Shown here: piece after piece, positions 9,762-18,713 of the stretch | How the letters are laid out: every line of letters begins with the position of its first letter | Position numbering within the stretch: the first letter of the stretch is position 1 | Translations under genes and position numbers: made by a program | From: Halorutilales archaeon Cl-col2-1 | GTDB lineage: Archaea; Halobacteriota; Halobacteria; Halobacteriales; Afararchaeaceae | NCBI GenBank assembly: GCA_041891055.1 | Contig: CP169074.1 | Coordinates: forward strand, 96,001-160,000 | Direction of reading: 5' to 3' | DNA: 64,000 nucleotides | Notes under the pieces: model-generated | Databases searched by the model: none | The model's input: only the letters and a program-made list of their open reading frames with translations | What the model was told of the DNA's origin: nothing

Positions 9762-10036
9762 TGGCAGACGTCAGATTTTCGAGCGCACTCAAGAAGGTGA
9801 CGGGAGAGACGACGACACAGGTCGAGGCAGAGACTGTCGAGGAAGCCATAGACAGACTCACGGAGAGATACGGTGACGACTTCGAGGATCGTCTGATGGA
9901 CGACGGCGAGATACAGAGGTTCGTCAACCTCTATGTCAACGGAGAGGACGTGAGACACGGCGAAGGTCTCGAAACGAGTATCGAGGACGACGACGAGATT
10001 TCGATTCTCCCCGCCGTGAGTGGAGGGTCAACTTAG
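9761..10036 (+). CDS. MoaD/ThiS/SAMP ubiquitin-like sulfur carrier ending GG-ST
   Basis: FVNLYVNGEDVR...ISILPAVSGGST; SD ggaggtga at 9747-9754. Confidence 0.92.
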   Translation: MADVRFSSALKKVTGETTTQVEAETVEEAIDRLTERYGDDFEDRLMDDGEIQRFVNLYVNGEDVRHGEGLETSIEDDDEISILPAVSGGST

Positions 10037-10128
10037 CGTAGTACTCGCCATCCATAACGTAGTACACATAACATAACCATAACACGAATACCCGTGTCTT
10101 TAGGGGAGTTCCACGCCTAAGCTATTAC

Positions 10129-10563
10129 ATGCCGAGTCTTCTAGACACACGCGTCGAAAACACCGAGATAGTACAGCCCAACGACACCAACATAGTCGAC
10201 ACCGCACACGGCGGTACCGTCGTGAAATGGATGGACGAGACGGGCGGAATATCGGCTATAAGATTCGCGGGGAACGTCTGTGTCACCGCGGGGATGGAGA
10301 GCGTCGACTTCCACCATCCGATACACAGAGGCGACGCCGCTGTCATACGTTCTTACGTCTACGACGTCGGGACTTCGAGCATAGACGTACGTATCTGTGT
10401 CTACTCGGAGAACCTCAAGACGGGAGAGAGACAGCTAACTACGGAGTCGTACTTCACCTACGTCGCAATAGACGACGACGGAAACCCCGTTGAGGTTCCC
10501 GAACTCGAAGTCGAGACCGAGAAAGAGAAGGAGTTACGTGACGAGGCTCTCGAAGGTGAGTAA
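10129..10563 (+). CDS. Acyl-CoA thioesterase (hot-dog fold)
   Basis: VQPNDTN, AHGGTVVKWMDE, VGTSSI and FTYVAID motifs. Confidence 0.9.
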   Translation: MPSLLDTRVENTEIVQPNDTNIVDTAHGGTVVKWMDETGGISAIRFAGNVCVTAGMESVDFHHPIHRGDAAVIRSYVYDVGTSSIDVRICVYSENLKTGERQLTTESYFTYVAIDDDGNPVEVPELEVETEKEKELRDEALEGE

Positions 10564-10564
10564 T

Positions 10565-11656
10565 ATGAGAACCTCAGAACGCACCGACGCGATAAGCATA
10601 AGCGGTATACGCCGTGTCTTCGAGGCGGCGGACGACGACGCCATAAACCTGGGTCTGGGACAGCCCGACTTCGACACTCCCGAGAACGTCAAGAAGGCGG
10701 CTGTCGAGGCTATCGAGACGGGGAAGGCTAGCTCGTACACCTCGAACAGAGGGATTCCGGAGCTAAGAGAGGCGGTCGCCGACAGCTTCAGCTTCGAGAC
10801 GTCTCCCGACGACGTCATAGTCACCTCGGGGGCGAGCGAGGCACTCCACATAGCCGTCGAGGCTCACGTCAACACAGGAGACGAGGTTCTAATTCCCGAC
10901 CCGGGATTCGTCTCTTACGAGGCTCTCTCGAAGGTCGCAGACGCGCGTCCGAAAGGTGTCGAACTCGCCGACGACCTGCGTCTCGAACCCGAGTCAGTAA
11001 AGGAGGCGATCACCGATGAGACTTCGGCGTTCGTGGTCAACTCCCCCGCGAACCCGACGGGTGCGGTACAGACACGTGACGACATGAGAGCCTTCGCCGA
11101 GATAGCCGACGACTACGGAGTGACACTCATAAGCGACGAGGTCTATGAGCCTTTCGTCTACGAGGGCGAGCACCACTCCCCCGCGGAGTTCGGTGAGAAC
11201 GTCGTCACAGTCAACGCAGCGTCGAAGGCTTACTCGATGACAGGATGGCGTCTCGGATACGTCACTGCGCCCGAGACCGAGAACATGTTACGTGTCCATC
11301 AGTACATACAGGCGTGTGCGAGTGCGCCGTCGCAGTACGCAGCCCTCGAGGCACTCGAAGGTCCTCAGTACGCTGTGAGCGAGATGAAGGACGAGTTCGA
11401 GGCGAGACGTGACCTGATACTCGACGCCTTCGAGGAGATGGGTCTCGACTGTCCGACGCCGAAGGGTGCATTCTACGCCTTCCCGGAGGTTCCCGACGGC
11501 TTCGTCGACGCGTGTATAGAAGAAGGAGTCGTTGTAGTTCCGGGAGATGCATTCGGAGAGGGCGGAGAGGGACACGCCCGCGTCTCTTACGCCAACTCAC
11601 GTGAGAACCTGCGTGAGGCTCTCGATGTGATGGAGTCGGTTCTCGAAGATCTCTGA
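10565..11656 (+). CDS. Class I/II pyridoxal-phosphate aminotransferase
   Basis: NLGLGQPDF, NSPANPTG, SDEVY and SKAYSMTGWRLG motifs; ATG 10565. Confidence 0.93.
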   Translation: MRTSERTDAISISGIRRVFEAADDDAINLGLGQPDFDTPENVKKAAVEAIETGKASSYTSNRGIPELREAVADSFSFETSPDDVIVTSGASEALHIAVEAHVNTGDEVLIPDPGFVSYEALSKVADARPKGVELADDLRLEPESVKEAITDETSAFVVNSPANPTGAVQTRDDMRAFAEIADDYGVTLISDEVYEPFVYEGEHHSPAEFGENVVTVNAASKAYSMTGWRLGYVTAPETENMLRVHQYIQACASAPSQYAALEALEGPQYAVSEMKDEFEARRDLILDAFEEMGLDCPTPKGAFYAFPEVPDGFVDACIEEGVVVVPGDAFGEGGEGHARVSYANSRENLREALDVMESVLEDL

Positions 11657-11664
11657 GAGAGTTG

Positions 11665-12177
11665 TCAGTCGGGGTAGTCGGTCTGGTTGACCTGTTTTAT
11701 CCTGTCCACTCCATCGACCTCGTCTATGACGTCTTCGACCGGGTCGGGAACGAGGTCTCTCCAGTCGCCTCCCTCGATCATCCTCTTACGTATCTCCCTC
11801 CCCGAGTATCTGCTTCTGTCGAAGAGAGGATTCTTCCTGACCTCCTTTCCGTCCTCCTCGAAGAGACGTATCACGAGAGGATTGTTCGAGTAGATGACGT
11901 CGAACTCGGGTGCCATCGACTCTATGTGTGAGACCCAGAGTGAGTTACGGTTGATGTCCTCTATCGGAATTACGTAGGTCGTCGCGTCCAAGTCGTTGAC
12001 GCTCTTCCTCACCATGCTGACACGTTCGCCCGCCGTAAACGGGTTCTTCACTGTGTGGGACGCCTGTGCGGTTCCTATCGCTATGACTATCTCGGGGACG
12101 TCTTCGGCAACCTCTTCGAGAACCTTGTAATGCCCCAGATGGAAGGGCTGGAACCTCCCGACGTAGAATCCGCGCAT
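11665..12177 (-). CDS. nadM: Nicotinamide-nucleotide adenylyltransferase
   Basis: RGFYVGRFQPFHLGH, NPFTAGER and YSGREIR motifs. Confidence 0.95.
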   Translation of the reverse strand: MRGFYVGRFQPFHLGHYKVLEEVAEDVPEIVIAIGTAQASHTVKNPFTAGERVSMVRKSVNDLDATTYVIPIEDINRNSLWVSHIESMAPEFDVIYSNNPLVIRLFEEDGKEVRKNPLFDRSRYSGREIRKRMIEGGDWRDLVPDPVEDVIDEVDGVDRIKQVNQTDYPD

Positions 12178-12299
12178 ACTCCGTATAGGCGACCCAGGCT
12201 TTAATTTCTATGTTTGTGTATGGTCATTTCATATCCCACATCACTCTTTCCCGACGTCGGAAGACAAGACTTATTCGTTAGACAGGCTAAGTCGTCTGT

Positions 12300-12830
12300 A
12301 TGGCAGGAAAACCTGGGAGTATGTACCGCGATATCGAAGGTATGGCGTACACGAGGAAGGAGTACATAGACGGTATTCCGGGTTCTAAGATCACTCAGTT
12401 CAACATGGGTGACGTCTCGGCTGACGACGACGAGTACCCCGTCGCCGTGAGCCTAGTCGCCGACGAGTCGTGTCAGATACGACACTCGGCGCTCGAAAGT
12501 GCCCGAGTTGCCGCTAACAGTAACATGATAAAGGAACTCGGTGAGGAGGGCTACAAGATGAGACTCCGCGTCCATCCCCACCAGGTTCTGAGGGAGAACA
12601 AGCAGGCGACGGGAGCGGGAGCCGACCGTGTCTCCGACGGAATGAGACAGTCGTTCGGAAGACCCGTCGGAACCGCTGCGAGGGTCGACGTCGGACAGAA
12701 GATCTTCACTGCGAGGGTCGTCGAGGCTGACTTCGAGGTCGCTAAGGACTCTCTCCGCAGAGCCTACACGAAGCTTCCCGGACCCTACTCGATCTCTGTC
12801 GACGAGGGCGAAGAGATCATCAGAGACTAA
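12300..12830 (+). CDS. rpl10e: 50S ribosomal protein L10e (uL16)
   Basis: YTRKEYI, QIRHSALESAR and LRENKQATGAGADRVSDGMRQSFG. Confidence 0.97.
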   Translation: MAGKPGSMYRDIEGMAYTRKEYIDGIPGSKITQFNMGDVSADDDEYPVAVSLVADESCQIRHSALESARVAANSNMIKELGEEGYKMRLRVHPHQVLRENKQATGAGADRVSDGMRQSFGRPVGTAARVDVGQKIFTARVVEADFEVAKDSLRRAYTKLPGPYSISVDEGEEIIRD

Positions 12831-12930
12831 ACCGAATTTGAGTCGGTGGGAAGTACAGTAGAGTAGTACAGTCTCCCAAACTCGACGCAACGCGACAAGA
12901 CCCGATCCGTCTTAGCTATATATCCATCTC

Positions 12931-15012
12931 ATGTCTCTCGAAAACGTAGAACTCACAGAGAAGTGGGAGTCTTTCTACCGGAGTTATTACGACAACGAGA
13001 TCGGTAAGCTCGCTCAGAAGTACCCGAGAGAGGAGAGATCCCTCTACATAGACTACCAGGATCTCTTCCAGTACGACCCCGAGCTCGCTGAAGACCTCAG
13101 GAGGAATCCCGAGGAGATGCTCCGGTACGCAGAGGAAGCCCTCCACGAGTACGATGTCCCTGTCGCCGACGTGCGTTTTGCCGACGCCAATCTCCGTATA
13201 AAGAACGTCGGCGAGACCACCGACATCCGTGGCATACGTTCGAAGGACGTCAACACACTAATCTCGGTCGAGGGTATCGTGAGAAAGGCTACCGAGGTGC
13301 GTCCGAAGGCGATCAAGACAGTCTTCGAGTGCGAGCGGTGTGGAACTACGACGACTATAACACAGACCGACGACAGCAGTCTCAGAGAACCCTACGAGTG
13401 CAAGGGATGTGAGAGACAGGGTCCTTTTAGTCTACTCTTCGACCAGAGCGAGTTCGTCGACTCACAGAAGGTCAGGGTACAGGAGTCTCCCGAGGATCTC
13501 AGAGGAGGCGAGAATCCACAGACGATAGATGTCGAGATAGAGGACGACATCACGGGCGAGGTCACTCCCGGGGACAGGGTCACTGTCGTCGGAGTCCTGA
13601 GAGCGACACAGGACGGCGACTCGACGACGTTCGATGTCTACATCGAGGGTAACAACATAGAGATAGAGGACCAGGAGTTCGAGGAGTTCGCGATAACCGA
13701 CGAGGACGAGGAACGGATAGAGGAGATTGCAAGCTCTCCCGATGTATACGAGAAGATAGTCGACAGCATCGCTCCGGGTATATACGGCTACGAGACCGAG
13801 AAGCTCGCGATGGCTCTCCAGCTCTTCTCGGGAGTCACGAAGAATCTCCCCGACGAGACACGTATAAGGGGAGACATGCATATTCTGATGGTGGGAGATC
13901 CGGGTACCGCCAAGTCACAGCTACTCCAGTACGTTAAGAAGATAGCGCCAAGAGGTGTCTATACTTCGGGTAAAGGATCGAGTGCCGCAGGGCTCACCGC
14001 CGCAGCAGTACAGGACGACTTCGGAGACGGAAAATGGACACTCGAAGCCGGCGCTCTCGTCTTAGCCGACAAGGGAATAGCGTGTGTCGACGAGGTCGAC
14101 AAGATGGATCCGAAGGACCGATCGGCACTCCACGAGGCGCTAGAGCAGCAGTCCGTTAGCATATCCAAGGCGGGCATCAATGCGACGCTCAAGTCGAGAT
14201 GTGCACTCCTCGGAGCGGCGAACCCGAAGTACGGAAGGTTCGACGAGTACGAGGGTATCGCAGAGCAGATAGAGTTAGAGCCCGCCCTGATATCACGTTT
14301 CGACCTTATATTCACGGTGACAGATGAGGCGGACGAAGAGAAGGACTCACGTCTCGCCGAACATATACTCACGACGAACTACGCGGGCGAGGTCTACGCC
14401 TCCGACTCAGAGGTACGACCCGAACGCGAGGCAGAAGACGCCGACGAGATACAGGAAGAGATCTACCCCGAGATAGAGTCCGAGATGCTCCGGAAGTACG
14501 TCGCCTACTCTCGGCGAGAGTGTAAGCCGCGAATGAAAGACGAAGCGCGCAAAAGAGTGCGTGAGTTCTACGTCGACCTGCGTTCGGAGGGTGAGGGATC
14601 GGACGTCATACCCATAACAGCGAGGAAGCTCGAAGCCCTCGTGCGTCTCGCCGAGGCTAGCGCGAGGATGCGTCTGAGCGACGAGGTCGAAGTCGAGGAC
14701 GCCGAACGTGCGATAGACATAGTCAAGGAGTCTCTAAGAGACGTGAGTTACGATCCCGAGACGGGTCAGTTAGACGCCGACATAGTCGAGACGGGACACT
14801 CGTCGTCACAGCGCGAGAGGATAAAGGATCTGAGCGACATCATACAGACGATAGCCGACGAGAGAGACGACGGGAAGGCTCCGCGCGAGGAGATACTCGA
14901 AACAGCCGAGGATCACGGGATGGAACGTGAGAAGGCGAGGAAGGAGCTGGAGACTTTACAGAGGAACGGCGAGGTAATAGAGCCGTCACACGGACATTTC
15001 CGTCTGGTTTAG
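12931..15012 (+). CDS. mcm: Replicative helicase MCM (no intein)
   Basis: CERC...CKGC Zn finger, GDPGTAKSQ Walker A, VDEVDKM Walker B, SRFD Arg finger, C-terminal winged helix. Confidence 0.97.
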   Translation: MSLENVELTEKWESFYRSYYDNEIGKLAQKYPREERSLYIDYQDLFQYDPELAEDLRRNPEEMLRYAEEALHEYDVPVADVRFADANLRIKNVGETTDIRGIRSKDVNTLISVEGIVRKATEVRPKAIKTVFECERCGTTTTITQTDDSSLREPYECKGCERQGPFSLLFDQSEFVDSQKVRVQESPEDLRGGENPQTIDVEIEDDITGEVTPGDRVTVVGVLRATQDGDSTTFDVYIEGNNIEIEDQEFEEFAITDEDEERIEEIASSPDVYEKIVDSIAPGIYGYETEKLAMALQLFSGVTKNLPDETRIRGDMHILMVGDPGTAKSQLLQYVKKIAPRGVYTSGKGSSAAGLTAAAVQDDFGDGKWTLEAGALVLADKGIACVDEVDKMDPKDRSALHEALEQQSVSISKAGINATLKSRCALLGAANPKYGRFDEYEGIAEQIELEPALISRFDLIFTVTDEADEEKDSRLAEHILTTNYAGEVYASDSEVRPEREAEDADEIQEEIYPEIESEMLRKYVAYSRRECKPRMKDEARKRVREFYVDLRSEGEGSDVIPITARKLEALVRLAEASARMRLSDEVEVEDAERAIDIVKESLRDVSYDPETGQLDADIVETGHSSSQRERIKDLSDIIQTIADERDDGKAPREEILETAEDHGMEREKARKELETLQRNGEVIEPSHGHFRLV

Positions 15013-16839
15013 TTAGTTAAGGAAGAAGACGAGGGCGCTCAGCATCAGTGCGGCGAAGGTCGCGACGACTGCGAGCGCCGTGCCCATCGAAGCCACGGCG
15101 TTAGTGGTACTCGCGAGACGTTCTATCCTGTCGTTTCCGAAGACGATAACTTCTGTCTCGTTCGACGCCATGCCGGCTTCGACTTCCTCTAAGTCGTTGA
15201 CTGCGTCCGTCACAAGTGAGCGAATTATAGTCTTTAGCTCTCCGTGGGGGATGTGTTCACCTATCCGGTTGTGGCTCTCGACCCTGTTGACGACGTGTGT
15301 GTCGGTCGTCATGACCTCAGCGTTGTCGACGCCGGCGTCGTCGGTTATGACGTCGACTATCTCGTCTCTGAGCATAGGAACCATGTTGTTGCCGTCTACG
15401 AGGGCGTAAGCGGTAGTCTGGTCGCCGGCTTCGAGGACTGCGACACGTATCCCAAGAGGCCCCATTCCGTCCTCGATCTCCCATCTCGTCGGCGACTGAG
15501 CGGTTCCGAGACGTAACGGGTAGGTATCGTCGGAGACGAGTGCCTCGGAGAGATCGGCGGAACAGTCCATTATGTTGTAGCTCCTCTCCGACCCCGGACT
15601 GACTATCGTCCCCGAGTTGGCGGCGTAACAGTTGTGGGCGTCAACGAGCATCGTCTCCTCGGCTCCGCTGGCGTGTGACTCGCTTATCGCACTCAGACCC
15701 ACGCTGAAACGGATGTCGTCACACGACTTGGGCGAACACGTCGTAGCGAGGAAGACGCCGTCGCCGAACCTCTGTCCTATCATGTGTGAGTCGCCGCAGT
15801 CGAGACGTCGGCTCCTTGTTGCTTCTGAGTTGTACTCGACCGACTCGACGGCTCTGTCTGCGGCGGCACGTAGCTTCTCGACCTCTCTCTGGCTCACGGG
15901 GTTGAAGTCGTGGTCAGCAGTCGCGTGAGGCACGAAACACAGCGAGTCGGAGGTTTCGGCTAAGCGGAAGGGGAGATTTCCGCCGCCTATCTCCCCCATT
16001 ATTCCGGGATGTACCATCGGAAGTACGAACCTCGCCTTCTCGCGACTTCGGCTTTGGTTTTGGTTTAAGTCATCTCCCTCGGAGTCGGGTTCATCAGTCT
16101 CAGTCTTCTTCCTCCTAAAGACGAGAACCGTGACAGGAACCCTGACTGACTCTCCCATCCTCTCAAAGACTTCTTCGAGTTCACGCGTGTTCTCAGTGAG
16201 GTAACCGAGGAAGCCGCGGAGGAGTTCGAGACCCGAGACACCTATGCTCGTCCTCATCGGGTGGTCGATGAGACGTACGAGTACGTACGACCCCATGACG
16301 TAGAGCCCCGAGGTTATCACGAGGTTGGTGAAGTAGTCACCCGAGAGCGGAAGACCCGTGTAGAAGTAGAGTATTACAGCCGCAAAGCCGGTCTGGAGAC
16401 TAGCGGGAACTAGGGTTCGGAGGGCGGAGTCTCTACTCACAGCCATCAGGACTAGGAAACGTAGCCCGAAGATTAGAGCCAGAGAGGCTATGAGGGCGTC
16501 GTAGACAAAGCTCTCGAAGCCGAGGTACTTCTGGAAGACTGCGGCGACGGAGATCAGGACGACGGTTACACCCTCACACAGGACGGCGAGGAAGGCGGAA
16601 CGGTTCCACGTCATGTTTCCGCCGAAGTACCTGTCTATCGGGGTCGTGGCGAGTGCGGCACCCACAGTTGGAACGCCTATGAAGAGAAATCCCATGACAG
16701 CAGCTACTAATCCGTCACCGAAGCCTCCGAGACCTGTTATGCTACCTGCGACGAGGGCGAACGAGAGAGAGAGATACCAGCGGGGGGTTCTGAATAGGTA
16801 ACGCGTCAGACGTGACGCGTGTCCGTATCCGAGAGACAT
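15013..16839 (-). CDS. DUF2070 family membrane protein
   Basis: About 5-6 N-terminal TM helices; VHPG, GGGNLP, HDFNP, VDAHN, DGNN and TTDTH motifs; C-terminal TM. Confidence 0.85.
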   Translation of the reverse strand: MSLGYGHASRLTRYLFRTPRWYLSLSFALVAGSITGLGGFGDGLVAAVMGFLFIGVPTVGAALATTPIDRYFGGNMTWNRSAFLAVLCEGVTVVLISVAAVFQKYLGFESFVYDALIASLALIFGLRFLVLMAVSRDSALRTLVPASLQTGFAAVILYFYTGLPLSGDYFTNLVITSGLYVMGSYVLVRLIDHPMRTSIGVSGLELLRGFLGYLTENTRELEEVFERMGESVRVPVTVLVFRRKKTETDEPDSEGDDLNQNQSRSREKARFVLPMVHPGIMGEIGGGNLPFRLAETSDSLCFVPHATADHDFNPVSQREVEKLRAAADRAVESVEYNSEATRSRRLDCGDSHMIGQRFGDGVFLATTCSPKSCDDIRFSVGLSAISESHASGAEETMLVDAHNCYAANSGTIVSPGSERSYNIMDCSADLSEALVSDDTYPLRLGTAQSPTRWEIEDGMGPLGIRVAVLEAGDQTTAYALVDGNNMVPMLRDEIVDVITDDAGVDNAEVMTTDTHVVNRVESHNRIGEHIPHGELKTIIRSLVTDAVNDLEEVEAGMASNETEVIVFGNDRIERLASTTNAVASMGTALAVVATFAALMLSALVFFLN

Positions 16840-16967
16840 TCGTTTTCGTGTAGTAGAGACAGTCGTGCCTCCGTATTAAGCTTGTTCTGTCTCCGTCGAC
16901 GTAGTACTGTACTGGGGTCAATTTCCCATCAAAAGTTACTTGCGCACGACGTCCGTAGGAGTAGGCA

Positions 16968-17564
16968 GTGATAGACCCGACCGTAGTACATGAACTCGGA
17001 CTCACCTCTGTCCTACTCTCGCTGTCGATGTCGGAGTACCCCGCACTCGACGCCTTTCTGAGATCGGCTGTTGAGACTGCGACGGGATGGTTCGGTCTCG
17101 CCATGATAGGGGTCTACTCGTTCCTCATAGCAGTCATCCTACCTATGCCGAGCGAGGTAGTTCTTGCCCCTGTCAACACCCTCGACATAGGATTCGGTGA
17201 GGTCGGAACCCTCGTTGCCATAATGCTCGTGAGTGGCGTCGGTAAGGCAGGAGGAAGCGTTGCGGCTCTCCATCTCGGCATACAGGCGAGGGAGTCGGGG
17301 CCTGTGACGAGGTTCTTCCAGAAAAGGGGTTACGATCCCGTCGAGTGGTCGCACAAGAAGAGCGTTGAGGTCGCGAAGAAATGGGGTTACATCGGAATGG
17401 CGCTTCTTCTCTCTGTGCCGTTCTTCCCCGACACTATCTCGATATACGCATTCGCCGTCTTAGAAGACGACTACCTCAAGTTCGCCGCGGCGGCTTTCGT
17501 GGGAAGTGTCGGGAGGCTCCTCGTGACAGTCGGCATATTCGAGGGAGGAAGCCTTCTCGTCTAA
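16968..17564 (+). CDS. DedA/VTT (YqaA-like) membrane protein
   Basis: YSFLIAVILPMPSEVVL, LSVPFFPDT and GSVGRL motifs; hydrophobic. Confidence 0.8.
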   Translation: MIDPTVVHELGLTSVLLSLSMSEYPALDAFLRSAVETATGWFGLAMIGVYSFLIAVILPMPSEVVLAPVNTLDIGFGEVGTLVAIMLVSGVGKAGGSVAALHLGIQARESGPVTRFFQKRGYDPVEWSHKKSVEVAKKWGYIGMALLLSVPFFPDTISIYAFAVLEDDYLKFAAAAFVGSVGRLLVTVGIFEGGSLLV

Positions 17565-17657
17565 ACGAAAAGCAGCGCGATCTCCCCGTCCTTCCGAAAA
17601 CCGCAGTTTTTCGCAAATCCTCGATTTGCGTCAACACCGCGCCCGAGGCTGTTTACT
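17565..17657 (+). mobile_element. Orphan IS200/IS605-type end remnant carrying a double-hairpin insert
   Basis: Shares ccttccgaaaaccgcag (17 nt) and gcgtcaacaccg (12 nt) with the left end of the tnpB element at 58.6 kb; ends cccgaggctgtttac. Confidence 0.55.
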
Positions 17658-18335
17658 CTATCTACTGATTCCTTCCCCGGCGTCGAGTATCTCGACCTCA
17701 GCGTCGTCTACCTTCTCCGCGAACTCGTCGGGGTTCTGCTGTATAGGAGGGAAGGTGTCGTAATGGATGGGTATAGCCGTCTCGACTCCGAGCCAGTCGA
17801 CGGCGACCGCTGCCTCATCTATGCCCATCGTGAAATGGTCGCCTATCGGAACCGCAGCGACGTCGGGGTCGTAGACTCCGCCGATGACCTTCTCCATGTC
17901 GCCGAATAGGGCGGTGTCGCCAGCGTGGTAGAAGCTAGTCTCGCCGTCGTCTATGACGTAACCAGCGGGGGTTCCTCCGTATCCGTCGAAGTCCGCTTCT
18001 CCCGGCGTTCCCGACGAGTGGAAAGCCTTCGTCATCTGGAACTCGACGCCGTCGTGTTCGTAGCTTCCGCCGACGTTCATTCCCACCGAGTCTTCGTGTC
18101 CCTGCTTGCCTAAGTAGCCCGCGACCTCGGGCTGTGCGATCACGGTCGCGTCGAACTCGTGTGCCTCGGCGACGTGGTCGAAATGACCGTGTGTCACCGC
18201 GACGACGTCGGGATCGAAATCGTCGGGCGTGACGTCGTTCCAGTCGTTGCCCTCGGTGAAGGGATCGACGAGTATCTGTGTGCCGTTCTCAGCCTCTATC
18301 TCGAAGAATGCGTGTCCGTGGTATCTTATCTCCAT
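17658..18335 (-). CDS. Metal-dependent hydrolase, metallo-beta-lactamase fold (UPF0173)
   Basis: THGHFDH, AFHSS, YHAGDT and PIHYDTFP motifs. Confidence 0.9.
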   Translation of the reverse strand: MEIRYHGHAFFEIEAENGTQILVDPFTEGNDWNDVTPDDFDPDVVAVTHGHFDHVAEAHEFDATVIAQPEVAGYLGKQGHEDSVGMNVGGSYEHDGVEFQMTKAFHSSGTPGEADFDGYGGTPAGYVIDDGETSFYHAGDTALFGDMEKVIGGVYDPDVAAVPIGDHFTMGIDEAAVAVDWLGVETAIPIHYDTFPPIQQNPDEFAEKVDDAEVEILDAGEGISR

Positions 18336-18425
18336 GTCTACGAAATAACGAACTTCGTATAAATACCCAACGCAACACGTAGAACTTTGGACTTAAGTAA
18401 CTGGCTGTGGTAGATCCGCCAACAC

Positions 18426-18686
18426 ATGAGCGACGAAGAAACCCTCCACGAGTCGGGTGAAAAGCTGGACGAGATAATAGAAGACGACTCAGTTCCGCGT
18501 AACATACGTGAGTCCCTCGAAGAGGCTCAGGAGTATCTCCTCGACGACTCGGAGGCTGCGAGCGAGAGAGCGGCGAACGCCATAAACATCTTCAACGACG
18601 TCTCGAACGACCCCAACTTGCCGATGCACACACGGACGACTATCTGGAACATCTCGGGGGAGCTAGAGGGTCTGACATCGGAGTAG
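18426..18686 (+). CDS. UPF0147 family protein
   Basis: DDSVPRNIR...SNDPNLPMHTRTTIWNI. Confidence 0.9.
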   Translation: MSDEETLHESGEKLDEIIEDDSVPRNIRESLEEAQEYLLDDSEAASERAANAINIFNDVSNDPNLPMHTRTTIWNISGELEGLTSE

Positions 18687-18713
18687 ATCCGAATTCTCCT
18701 TCCTCACACTCTT

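Noticed and set aside
10037-10090. cataac x4 and cgtagtac x2 short repeats after the Ubl gene
   Set aside because: Too short and irregular; they look like low-complexity slippage in a spacer.
12931-15012. Intein in MCM
   Set aside because: At 693 aa with contiguous Walker motifs there is no room for one.
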